Origin: Fibrobacteria bacterium
Lineage (GTDB): Bacteria > Fibrobacterota > Fibrobacteria > UBA11236
DNA: 38,037 bases
Assembly: GCA_043732185.1 (NCBI GenBank)
Contig: JAYTHY010000040.1
Coordinates: forward strand, 1-38,037
Reading direction: 5' to 3'
Below the pieces are notes generated by a model. It did not search any database. It was given only the letters and a program-made list of their open reading frames with translations, and had not been told where the DNA came from. Below, in pieces: positions 1 to 8,634 of the stretch (position 1 is its first letter; each line of letters begins with the position of its first letter). The position numbers and the translations under genes were made by a program.

Positions 1-546
1 CAATTTCGTGGGTTTGTGCCTTCGACGTATATTGGAACGGCCGTATGCAAACTGGTTCTAATCGAATCGGGACCTGTGTTGACGGCACTGGTCCTAGCAG
101 GCCGCATCGGATCGGCCATCGCGGCGGAAATCGGGACGATGAAGGAAAAAGAAGAACTCGACGCCATGACGGTATTGAACCTCGATCCTTTGCGCTACCT
201 CGCCATGCCCCGCCTGCTCAGCGCCTTGATGGTTTTTCCGTTGCTGGTGGTCATCGCTGATTTTCTCTCCGTCATTGGAGGCTGGATCATCGCCAATTCC
301 GTCCTGCAAATCACTACCGCCACCTATATATTCGGCTTGCGTTTCCTGTTTTCCGGGTATGACATTTTTGTGAGCATCGTCAAAGCCATGGCATTTGGCG
401 CCATCGTAGCGGTTATGGGTTATTATCATGGGCTTGCTGCCGGTTCCGGTGCGCGTGGTGTGGGTCAGGCGTCCATGAAATCCGTTGTGTCCAGTTGTGT
501 GCTGATACTCGTCGTAGATTTTTTTATCGTGTATATCGCATATTGA
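1..546 (+). CDS. mlaE: MlaE-family ABC transporter permease, 5' truncated by window edge
   Basis: Motifs GPVLTALVLAGRIGSAIAAEIGTMK, EELDAM, DPLRYLAMPR and GARGVG; frame open from position 1; followed by an MlaF-type ATPase. Confidence 0.9.
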   Translation, partial: QFRGFVPSTYIGTAVCKLVLIESGPVLTALVLAGRIGSAIAAEIGTMKEKEELDAMTVLNLDPLRYLAMPRLLSALMVFPLLVVIADFLSVIGGWIIANSVLQITTATYIFGLRFLFSGYDIFVSIVKAMAFGAIVAVMGYYHGLAAGSGARGVGQASMKSVVSSCVLILVVDFFIVYIAY

Positions 547-559
547 ATCGAGGCTATAC

Positions 560-1327
560 TTGAGCGGTGAAGTCCTGATCGAACTCCGACATCTGCAAAA
601 ATCTTTTGGCCAGCAGAAGGTATTGCGCGATGTGAATTTGGAAATCCGTCGGGGCGAAACCATGGTGATTATTGGCACCTCTGGTGGCGGCAAGTCCGTC
701 ATCCTTAAACATTGCATCGGACTTTTGCAGCCGGATGGCGGTGAAGTGGTGGTGGAAGGCAAAGTTATCAGCAGCCCTAAAAAAGTGGACGTGCAGACCA
801 TTCGCAAACGCATGGGCATGCTTTTTCAAGGCGCTGCTCTATTTGATTCCATGAACGTGGGCGAGAATATCAAATTTGCTGTGCGGGAACATAATCCAAA
901 ACTCACTGAAACGGATTTGGATCGAATCGTGGCTGAAACCTTGCACATGATCAATCTCAATCCGGAATTTCGATTCAAGATGCCCAGCGAGCTTTCCGGC
1001 GGCATGAAAAAAAGACTGGGCCTGGCGCGAGCCATTGCCCTCAATCCTGAAATTCTCCTGTATGACGAACCAACCACCGGTCTCGATCCAATTACATCCG
1101 ATGTTATCAACGATCTCATTATGGATATGCAAGCGAAACTGGGGGCTACAAATATCGTTGTGACCCATGACATGGTTTCGGCATATAAGATCGCGGATCG
1201 CATCGCCATGCTTCTCGATGGCCGCATAATTTTTGTCGGCACCCCGGAAGAAACCCGCGCTACCAGTAATCCATACGTGCAGCAATTTATTAAGGGCCAG
1301 CGAAAACTCCTCGCAGAAGCCGACTGA
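560..1327 (+). CDS. mlaF: MlaF/Mkl-family ABC transporter ATP-binding protein
   Basis: Walker A GTSGGGKS, MLFQGAALFDSM, signature LSGGMKKR, Walker B LLYDEPTTGLDP, VTHD; TTG start after GAGG. Confidence 0.9.
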   Translation: MSGEVLIELRHLQKSFGQQKVLRDVNLEIRRGETMVIIGTSGGGKSVILKHCIGLLQPDGGEVVVEGKVISSPKKVDVQTIRKRMGMLFQGAALFDSMNVGENIKFAVREHNPKLTETDLDRIVAETLHMINLNPEFRFKMPSELSGGMKKRLGLARAIALNPEILLYDEPTTGLDPITSDVINDLIMDMQAKLGATNIVVTHDMVSAYKIADRIAMLLDGRIIFVGTPEETRATSNPYVQQFIKGQRKLLAEAD

Positions 1328-1346
1328 CTGGATTCACGATAAATAG

Positions 1347-1360
1347 TGCATTTATGTGCA
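1347..1360 (+). promoter_or_regulatory. Putative LexA (SOS) box upstream of radA
   Basis: TGCAT-TTAT-GTGCA, one mismatch to the Fibrobacter succinogenes LexA site TGCNC-N4-GTGCA; flanked by AAATAG/CTATTT; ends 34 bp before the radA ATG. Confidence 0.55.
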
Positions 1361-1394
1361 GCTATTTTGAACCGAATAATGCTAGATTTAAGAG

Positions 1395-2777
1395 ATGGCC
1401 ACGCTCAAGTCAAAAACCAAGTCAGGAACCCTCTACGGGTGTCGGGAATGCGGCGACACAACCTCCAAGTGGAGTGGCAAGTGCCTGTCCTGCGGCACCT
1501 GGGACAGCTTGGTAGAAGTTTCCGGCCTTAGTAGTGAAGAGGATAGTCAAAAACGGGGATTAGGCGCGACCGGTGAAGCGCAACGACTCAGTCAAGTGGT
1601 GGGTCGAGCGGAAGATAGGGTGCATACCGGCATCAACGAATTAGACCGGGTATTAGGGGGCGGTATTGTCCCCGGTTCCCTGGTTCTCATCGGCGGGGAT
1701 CCGGGTATCGGCAAATCCACGTTGCTTTTGCAGATGGCCACCATTTTATCTGCAGCCGAAGTACCGGTGCTTTACGTTACTGGCGAGGAATCGCTCACGC
1801 AGCTTAAGATGCGGGCCGAAAGGCTGAATACCCCTTCACCGGATATGTTGGTGCTTTCGGAAACCAGTTTGGATGCCATTTTCAAACAATGCCAAGTGAG
1901 CAAACCGGATGTGCTGGTGATCGATTCCATTCAAACCATTTATAAAACCGATTTGCCTGGGTCACCGGGTTCCATGACCCAGCTGCGAGAATGCACCTTG
2001 GCATTGATGGTGCATGCTAAGTCAACGGGCACAGCTATTTTTATTGTCGGCCATGTGACCAAAGAAGGTGTGTTGGCGGGTCCCCGTATGATTGAACACA
2101 TGGTGGATACGGTGGTTTATTTCGAGGGTGAGCGGCAAAACGCGTATAGGATATTAAGGGCGGTTAAAAATCGCTTTGGAGCCACCAACGAAATTGGGGT
2201 TTTTGAAATGAGTTCTACGGGCCTCAATCAGGTCGAGAACCCGTCCCAAGTTTTTGTCCACAATCGCGGAGAACGGGATCCAGGGTCAGTGGTGTCTTGC
2301 ACCATGGAAGGCACCCGGTCCATATTGGTGGAAGTCCAGGCTTTGGTTTCGCGCAGCAATTTTTCCATGCCCCAGCGGGTCAGCATGGGTCTGGATTCCA
2401 AAAGGCTGACAATTATTTTGGCCTTGTTGGAAAAATTCGCCGGGATCAATATTGGACCTCAGGATATTTTTGTGAGTTTGGCCGGTGGCTTCAGAATCGA
2501 AGAGCCGGCTATGGATTTGGCCATTGCCGGAGCTGTCGCATCCAACCATTTGGGCAAAAAATGTTTGCCGAACACGCTGGCGCTGGGTGAACTTGGATTA
2601 AACGGGGAATTACGAGCCGTGCCACATATTGAAGCCAGGATCAAAGAGGCCACCCGACTTGGATTTAAATCCGTGGTTTTGCCGATGCCATTGCGGGGCA
2701 AGGTCCAGATTGCAGGTGTGGAATTTCATTTTATCCGAAAATTGGGCGAAGCCTTCGAGTTTCTCTATCAAACCTGA
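1395..2777 (+). CDS. radA: DNA repair protein RadA/Sms
   Basis: C4 zinc finger CRECG...CLSCG, Walker A GDPGIGKS, KNRFG motif, Lon-like C-terminal domain. Confidence 0.97.
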   Translation: MATLKSKTKSGTLYGCRECGDTTSKWSGKCLSCGTWDSLVEVSGLSSEEDSQKRGLGATGEAQRLSQVVGRAEDRVHTGINELDRVLGGGIVPGSLVLIGGDPGIGKSTLLLQMATILSAAEVPVLYVTGEESLTQLKMRAERLNTPSPDMLVLSETSLDAIFKQCQVSKPDVLVIDSIQTIYKTDLPGSPGSMTQLRECTLALMVHAKSTGTAIFIVGHVTKEGVLAGPRMIEHMVDTVVYFEGERQNAYRILRAVKNRFGATNEIGVFEMSSTGLNQVENPSQVFVHNRGERDPGSVVSCTMEGTRSILVEVQALVSRSNFSMPQRVSMGLDSKRLTIILALLEKFAGINIGPQDIFVSLAGGFRIEEPAMDLAIAGAVASNHLGKKCLPNTLALGELGLNGELRAVPHIEARIKEATRLGFKSVVLPMPLRGKVQIAGVEFHFIRKLGEAFEFLYQT

Positions 2778-2851
2778 AAGCCTCAATACCGCCAAGGGAT
2801 ACTTGACGCTTAGAGGGATGGAAAGCAACTTTGTGGCGGTTAAAAACTGCC

Positions 2852-3994
2852 ATGTCATCCTTCTTCGAAATTCAATCTAAAGCCACTTCCAGGGCCAGAG
2901 CCGGAGTCTTGCATACCGCACACGGCGATATTCCCACGCCCGTGTTTATGCCTGTTGGCACGGCTGGAGCGGTCAAGGCCATCAGTCCTCGCAATTTGAA
3001 GGAACTTGGCGCTCGGATTATTCTTGGAAACACCTATCACCTTTACTTGCGTCCCGGCTGTGCGCTTATCGAAAAAGCGGGAGGGCTGCACCGTTTTAGC
3101 GCTTGGGACGGGGCACTCTTAACGGATTCCGGTGGATTCCAGGTGTGGAGCCTCGAGACTTTACGAAAAATTACTGAAGCCGGAGTGGAATTCCGTTCCC
3201 ATATCGACGGTTCCAAACATCTCTTCACTCCTGAATCTGTGATGCTGGCCCAACGTCAGATAGGTGCCGATATCATCATGGCATTCGATGAATGCACCCC
3301 GTATCCTGCCACACTGGAAGAAGCTGAAAAATCCCTGGGATTGACACAACGCTGGACGGAACGGGCCCTGGCCTGGTTGAGTAGCAATCCCCCACTACAT
3401 GGCTACCCGCAGCATTTTTTTGGGATAGTGCAGGGAGGCATGCATTTGGAAGTGCGAGGTCGCGCACTGGAACATCTCGTCAACTTGGATTTGGACGGGC
3501 TGGCTTTAGGTGGCCTTAGCGTAGGTGAGCCTGCGGAACTAATGTATGCAGTCGCTGACTATTGCACCACGCGGATGCCTGCGGAAAAACCGCGTTACGT
3601 AATGGGTGTGGGAACGCCAGAAAACCTGGTCAATCTGATCCGATTGGGCGTGGACATGTTTGACTGTGTGATGCCGACTCGCAATGCCCGGAATGGTACG
3701 GTATTTAGTTGGAATGGGCCATTCCACTATAAGGCTGCCCGACACGCTGAAGAGCTGGATACGCCCATAGATAAAAACTGCGGCTGTTATACCTGCAAAA
3801 ACTTTTCGCGTGCCTACCTCAGACATTTATTCGTGGCAGGGGAAATTCTGGCGATGGAATTGGCCACAATCCATAGCTTGTATTTCTATCAGGAATTGAT
3901 GACCCATTGCCGTAATAGAATTTTGGACGGGACTTTTGACTCTTGGAGTCTTGACTTGCTGGCCAAATGGGCCAAAGTCCCGCCAACTGCATAG
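2852..3994 (+). CDS. tgt: tRNA-guanine(34) transglycosylase
   Basis: TPVFMPVGT, NTYHLYLRPG, DSGGFQ, GIVQGG, GGLSVGE, DMFDCVMPTR, CxCxxC zinc site; ATG at 2852 preferred over TTG at 2831. Confidence 0.97.
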   Translation: MSSFFEIQSKATSRARAGVLHTAHGDIPTPVFMPVGTAGAVKAISPRNLKELGARIILGNTYHLYLRPGCALIEKAGGLHRFSAWDGALLTDSGGFQVWSLETLRKITEAGVEFRSHIDGSKHLFTPESVMLAQRQIGADIIMAFDECTPYPATLEEAEKSLGLTQRWTERALAWLSSNPPLHGYPQHFFGIVQGGMHLEVRGRALEHLVNLDLDGLALGGLSVGEPAELMYAVADYCTTRMPAEKPRYVMGVGTPENLVNLIRLGVDMFDCVMPTRNARNGTVFSWNGPFHYKAARHAEELDTPIDKNCGCYTCKNFSRAYLRHLFVAGEILAMELATIHSLYFYQELMTHCRNRILDGTFDSWSLDLLAKWAKVPPTA

Positions 3995-4019
3995 TTATAG
4001 TAAGGAAGGCCAGATTGAA

Positions 4020-4802
4020 TCAAGCCTGTCCGTCGAATTGACCGAAGGCCTCATTCACACTCAGCAAGCCTTCAAACAAGCTTTCCGGTAAATCCAAGTC
4101 AGCGAATAAGGCTCCGGCCCTGGCCAGGTCGGCTTCAATTTCCTCCGGCAGTTCAATTAAAAAATTACGGTTGCCGGGCGAGACCACGGCTTTGCCTTTA
4201 CACAGCGAAGGATGCGACATGCTGTAAAACATCCGGCAGCTCATCGGTCTATTCTCATAAATGCCACAGGCGCCTTCTGTGCTGAGAAAAGGACAGGCCT
4301 GGCCCCGCAGATAGTACCGATATAGCGCTTTGTCTTCATCACCGGCCGAACCGGAGGTATTTCCACCGCCAAGGCGCAATGCTTTGAAATCAGTTACGCG
4401 TCGATGTAGGGAGATGATGTGCCCGGGATAACCTGCATGTTCCCGTATACGGCCATGTAGAAAAATAAGCTCGAAAGGCTCGACGCTGGATACATAGTGG
4501 GAGCAGCAATGAGAACAAGTCCGCCCGCAGGTAACCTTTTCGTTACCTGTAGCCAGTACCGCCTGGACAAAAGCGTCATAATGAAGATACAAGATGGGCA
4601 TGGCCTGCTCCAAACCGGCAACGAGTGCTTTGTACCCAACTTCGTTCCGACACCCGGCCGCAAAAACTTCAAGCATTGCTTTGAGATTTGTAACAGCTTG
4701 CTGCAAACCCGCCACGCAAGCTTGCACCTCCGGCGCGGAAAAATTGAATATTGGGCCATCGGCTGTAGTTTTTTGGGAAATGTTGGATACCCCTGTAGCC
4801 AT
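4020..4802 (-). CDS. YkgJ-family (CxxCxxCC) cysteine-cluster protein
   Basis: CGRTCSHCC and CPFL...CGIYENRPMSCRMF motifs; start uncertain (ATG 4802 chosen, ORF extends to 4883). Confidence 0.8.
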   Translation of the reverse strand: MATGVSNISQKTTADGPIFNFSAPEVQACVAGLQQAVTNLKAMLEVFAAGCRNEVGYKALVAGLEQAMPILYLHYDAFVQAVLATGNEKVTCGRTCSHCCSHYVSSVEPFELIFLHGRIREHAGYPGHIISLHRRVTDFKALRLGGGNTSGSAGDEDKALYRYYLRGQACPFLSTEGACGIYENRPMSCRMFYSMSHPSLCKGKAVVSPGNRNFLIELPEEIEADLARAGALFADLDLPESLFEGLLSVNEAFGQFDGQA

Positions 4803-4862
4803 AGGCTTTCCAGCTGGTTCGCTGGTTTTACCAGGCGATTCTAAACCTTCTCCAAAATTAAG

Positions 4863-4892
4863 TTGACCTTTTGCGGAACCCACCTTTAGAAT
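4863..4892 (+). promoter_or_regulatory. Putative sigma70 promoter for the lipoprotein/barrel pair
   Basis: TTGACC-N18-TAGAAT, followed by GGAGAG and ATG at 4919. Confidence 0.5.
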
Positions 4893-4918
4893 CTATCAAA
4901 ACTTACTGGGAGAGCAAA

Positions 4919-6289
4919 ATGCCTCGAACTCTCAAACCTTTTAAAATCTGCTCTATCGGCCTGGGCCTTGTTTTGGCCGCATGTAATGTGTTCAATCCCA
5001 GCGGTGAAGGCGATGCCGGAACTAGCGTGGATGCACAGTTGACGGACGGTGAAAATTTTTTCCGAGCCCAAAACTACAGCGCCGCCATGACGTCCTTTGG
5101 CAAGGCTATTGAGCAGGACAGCACCAATTCAATGGCTTACTATGGCTATGCCAAGTCGGCCATGCGCAAATACAATGTAAATGCCTCAACTTTGTTGACG
5201 GAAGTGAGCACCGCTCAGGCTGGAACCGGAGTGCCTTTTATCGGGGCGGAAGACGCTGTCATTACCCGATACCTGCAAGCCACTTCTAAGGCCCGCCAAG
5301 TCTTGGGTATTTTGACATTGAGAGACACCCTTACGCGCTGGTACTATTACACCAAAGATTCCTCTAACCTTGCTGCGTCCAAGGATCCGTTGCGCGCCAC
5401 CCGCATACTTGCCATGAAGGCCTACTGGGCTAAGGCGGAACTGGCAGGGGCCAAAGGGTATTATAAAAAATCACAGTTTCCACTCTCGGATCTGAAAATG
5501 GGATACGATAAGGTTGTCGCTGATTTCGGATTTATCGAACTCATTTATGCCCTAACTCATCTTCGAGATTTGAACGGCGATGATATCATCAATTCCAAAG
5601 ATGACCTTCTTAAAAGTTTGAACTTCAGCATGGGGGGTGCTGGAGGTTTCAAAGTAGACAATCTCGATAGCATAGCCGGAAAACTGAAAGACGATACTGC
5701 CAGTCAACGGCAGTTAAACTCCCTCATTCAGAATGTGTCAAGTGGTCTCGGTTCAGCCAGTAAGGTTTTGGATTTGCTTGGTCCGGCTTTTGCCGGTCAA
5801 GCCGCAGGCGGTGATACAGGGGCTGTAACCCCTGGGTTAACCCAAAAGGTTTCTCAAAATATGGATAGTGTGATTACCAGCCTCGGCAATGCGGTTACTT
5901 TTTACCAATTTGGTGACGGAAAAGACAATGATGGCGATGGTTGCATTGATGAGGAAATAATGGATGGCAAGGACAATGACGGTGATGGATTTATAGACGA
6001 AGACGCCCGTATCATACCTGACGATTTGATCGACAACGACCACAATGGAAAAACTAATGATCCTTTCTTGAAATCGGATCCGGACGAAAACCTCAATTCC
6101 ACTTTTATTCTCGGTTACGTCGCCAAACCTTCCTTCATAAAGGGTGAAAAATACACGGACAAAGCCACGCGGCTTGCGACCCAAGCAGATTCTCTGGCTA
6201 CGCGTTCAATGATTGAGTTGAATGGATTTTACAAAGCCAGTTTGGATGCGGCAAAAAAGAATATCGGCGGATGCTGGAACAACTATTGA
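4919..6289 (+). CDS. Lipoprotein with TPR-like N-terminus and Dx[DN]xDG calcium-loop repeats
   Basis: Lipobox VLAAC; TPR-like helices GENFFRAQNYSAAMTSFGKAIEQDSTNSMAYYGYA; two DGKDNDGDGxIDE repeats plus DLNGDD and DNDHNG loops. Confidence 0.8.
   Translation: MPRTLKPFKICSIGLGLVLAACNVFNPSGEGDAGTSVDAQLTDGENFFRAQNYSAAMTSFGKAIEQDSTNSMAYYGYAKSAMRKYNVNASTLLTEVSTAQAGTGVPFIGAEDAVITRYLQATSKARQVLGILTLRDTLTRWYYYTKDSSNLAASKDPLRATRILAMKAYWAKAELAGAKGYYKKSQFPLSDLKMGYDKVVADFGFIELIYALTHLRDLNGDDIINSKDDLLKSLNFSMGGAGGFKVDNLDSIAGKLKDDTASQRQLNSLIQNVSSGLGSASKVLDLLGPAFAGQAAGGDTGAVTPGLTQKVSQNMDSVITSLGNAVTFYQFGDGKDNDGDGCIDEEIMDGKDNDGDGFIDEDARIIPDDLIDNDHNGKTNDPFLKSDPDENLNSTFILGYVAKPSFIKGEKYTDKATRLATQADSLATRSMIELNGFYKASLDAAKKNIGGCWNNY
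5915..6004 (+). repeat. Intragenic 48-bp-period repeat encoding DGKDNDGDGxIDE twice
   Basis: gacggaaaagacaatgatggcgatggt at 5915 versus gatggcaaggacaatgacggtgatgga at 5963. Confidence 0.85.
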
Positions 6290-6311
6290 TAAGGTGGATA
6301 GGAAAAAGCAT

Positions 6312-7526
6312 ATGAACAAGCCAAACTCAAAAATAATCCTGCTCGCCCTGACACTTTCCACTTTTTCAGCGATCGCCTGGGGAAGATCCGGTCCAGAACA
6401 TCGAACGTTGCGCCCGCTAGGGATGGGAAATGCGTTCGTGGCTGTGGCGGATGATAAAGATGCGATGCATTATAACCCTGCTGGACTCAATTTGATGGGC
6501 CGGTTGGGAAGTAAGAATTTACGTCCGGAATTGTCCCGTTATCCGTTGGATAAGTTCGATATGCATATGGATTTTCTCGGAACTGCTGTTCCTTTAAGCG
6601 AGGCGTTAGATGGCCTCAAGTTTTATCAGGACCATCAAACCAGTTTTTCAGATATGAGTGCGCTGCAAAATGATACTTCACTGGTATCCGACCTTTCGAA
6701 ATTCGATCGGCGGCCGATTAAGGTTGCCGTCTTGCACGGGGGTGAGTTGGCATTTCATAACTTTGGCATGGCCTACTGGGCAGATGCCCAAATGGCGCCA
6801 TATGCAGACGTCGGCGTATTACTCCCCCAAGCAGGCATTCAGTTTTTACAGCTTGATATTGTAGGTCAGATTGCCGCTGCTACTAGTTATTTTGATGATC
6901 GTCTTTCTGTTGGACTGGGGTATAGAATGGCCAAACGGGCGGAAATGGGTAGTTTCCAGTTGGCATTGACGGATTTATCCAGTGATAATGGTCGCAAAAA
7001 CATTCAGAAAACAGTGCAGGACAGTGTGGACCAAAAGCTGAAAGAATTTTCTGATATAGGCAGTATTGGACATGCTGTTGATGCGGGTGTGCTTTGGCAA
7101 CAAACACCTAGCATCCGCTTTGGAGCCGCGGTGCAGAATCTATTCATGAGTCTCAATCATAAATCGGTTACACCCTTAATGACTGTCGGCGTAGCCTTTG
7201 CCCCCATGATTTTAGAAAACAACGGCCGTTGGAAACGGAAAATCAATTTTGCAATGGATTACGAAGATCTTTTGAACGACGATCGAAACTACAAACCCTT
7301 GTCAAAACTCAATATGGGTGCCGAATGGGAGCAAACCTTGATACCCTGGGTTCTGAAAGGACGTCTTTCGGTTGGTATGAAAGGTGGTTACCCGACCGCC
7401 GGCTTGGGTGGAAACCTATTTACCATCTTCCATTATGAATTCGCTACTTGGGCTGAGGAAGATGGATACTATACGGGACAGTTGGAAGACCGGTATTATG
7501 TTATGAAATTCGGAGTGGGTATTTAA
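6312..7526 (+). CDS. Outer-membrane beta-barrel of the TraF/PorV/FadL-like superfamily
   Basis: Signal peptide; N-terminal RPLGMGNAFVAVADD...YNPAGL motif; amphipathic strands; C-terminus YYVMKFGVGI. Confidence 0.75.
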   Translation: MNKPNSKIILLALTLSTFSAIAWGRSGPEHRTLRPLGMGNAFVAVADDKDAMHYNPAGLNLMGRLGSKNLRPELSRYPLDKFDMHMDFLGTAVPLSEALDGLKFYQDHQTSFSDMSALQNDTSLVSDLSKFDRRPIKVAVLHGGELAFHNFGMAYWADAQMAPYADVGVLLPQAGIQFLQLDIVGQIAAATSYFDDRLSVGLGYRMAKRAEMGSFQLALTDLSSDNGRKNIQKTVQDSVDQKLKEFSDIGSIGHAVDAGVLWQQTPSIRFGAAVQNLFMSLNHKSVTPLMTVGVAFAPMILENNGRWKRKINFAMDYEDLLNDDRNYKPLSKLNMGAEWEQTLIPWVLKGRLSVGMKGGYPTAGLGGNLFTIFHYEFATWAEEDGYYTGQLEDRYYVMKFGVGI

Positions 7527-7589
7527 TCGAAGGATCATTCTGAAAAGGGCTGAGGGGCCGAAAATTTAGGAAGACTATTTCAATGTCCT

Positions 7590-7615
7590 GCGCCCCTTTC
7601 CAGGGGCGCTTTTTT
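7590..7615 (+). terminator. Intrinsic terminator
   Basis: GCGCCCCT-TTCC-AGGGGCGC 8-bp stem followed by TTTTTT. Confidence 0.85.
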
Positions 7616-7656
7616 ATTATTTTCGGAGATTTTCAATCCATATAGGAAAGGGTCGA

Positions 7657-8178
7657 ATGGATTCTTTGGATGAATTACTGATTCAAGTCACGGATGACGA
7701 CGAGGTGATTGGGTCTGTAAAGCGCCGGTTGGTACACGGCAATCCCTTACTAATACACCGTTCCGTCCACGTTCTGGTTCTTAACCCAGCAGGCTTACTC
7801 CTCCTGCAAAAGCGTTCGATACTCAAGGATACGCAACCTGGAAAATGGGACACCTCAGTTGGTGGTCATGTTGGTTTTGGGCAAAGCTATGCAGAAGCCG
7901 CCCTCAGGGAAGCGGAAGAAGAATTGGGTGTAATAATGGACCGATTAGAATTCCTGTACTCGTCCAGGATTAGAAATAATGTTGAATCTGAAAATATTCA
8001 GACTTTTTTATTTGTACATGCGGGAGCCATTCAGCACGATCCGGTGGAAATCGATGAAACTCGCTTTTGGTCGCGGGCTGAAATTTCTCAGGCCTTGGGA
8101 ACGGGACTCTTTACGCCCAATTTTGAAGAGGAATTCGCATTGTTTCTGGCTTCACCTCAGAGCTTTCTACTGAAGTAA
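7657..8178 (+). CDS. Nudix hydrolase (IDI/YfcD-like)
   Basis: HRSVHV, LLLQKRS..KDTQPGKWDTSVGGHV, Nudix box AALREAEEELG. Confidence 0.9.
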   Translation: MDSLDELLIQVTDDDEVIGSVKRRLVHGNPLLIHRSVHVLVLNPAGLLLLQKRSILKDTQPGKWDTSVGGHVGFGQSYAEAALREAEEELGVIMDRLEFLYSSRIRNNVESENIQTFLFVHAGAIQHDPVEIDETRFWSRAEISQALGTGLFTPNFEEEFALFLASPQSFLLK

Positions 8179-8577
8179 AGGCAGATCCTGCGCAACGGGA
8201 ACCTGAGAAGGTGTCGCGTCAAGATTGGGTAGCCACTGATACAGGCCGACCAATTTATCGTTCTCCAATTGAACGCCCATTTTCTGGGCTATGGTACTGA
8301 GGCGCAGGGCTTTTAAGCGTCGGCACGTGGCGGGAGACATTTTTCCGCTCCCCTCCGTCATTTTATTTTGTTCTTCTGGTGCAAGGAAATTGAAGGCTTT
8401 GTCAAAACGATCTTCTTGCACGGCTTCGACAAACAGGGTCAAAACTTCAATCAATCGTGCTTTATCGGGTTTGACACGCGTTCCATCGTCTTCTCGCTTG
8501 GATCCTGAACAGCCTGACAGCAGTATGGCAAAAATTGTAAATAAGGCTAGGGTACACTTTATCATGGCTCTTTGCAT
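8167..8577 (-). CDS. Hypothetical lipoprotein
   Basis: Hydrophobic signal with lipobox LLSGC; start may be ATG 8565; 12-bp convergent overlap with the Nudix gene. Confidence 0.7.
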   Translation of the reverse strand: MQRAMIKCTLALFTIFAILLSGCSGSKREDDGTRVKPDKARLIEVLTLFVEAVQEDRFDKAFNFLAPEEQNKMTEGSGKMSPATCRRLKALRLSTIAQKMGVQLENDKLVGLYQWLPNLDATPSQVPVAQDLPLLQ

Positions 8578-8634
8578 ATCATACCCAGCCGGTTCATGAT
8601 TTTCAAGGCTACCGTATAAAGTTGGGTTTAAACT

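Noticed and set aside
94..819. 241-aa minus-strand ORF, and many similar antisense or alternate-frame ORFs across the window
   Set aside because: Shadows of well-supported genes (here mlaE/mlaF) with no recognisable motifs
1..1327. mlaE-mlaF lacking mlaD
   Set aside because: The window starts inside mlaE, so mlaD could lie upstream or elsewhere; absence cannot be judged
6312..7526. Conjugative element implied by a TraF-like barrel
   Set aside because: No relaxase, VirB4 or coupling protein, and the flanks are housekeeping genes
7527..7656. Possible riboswitch or hammerhead (CTGAGGGGCCGAAA) upstream of the Nudix gene
   Set aside because: It lacks the CUGANGA core with a closing stem II and the ykkC-type conserved elements; the hairpin is adequately explained as the terminator of the upstream operon
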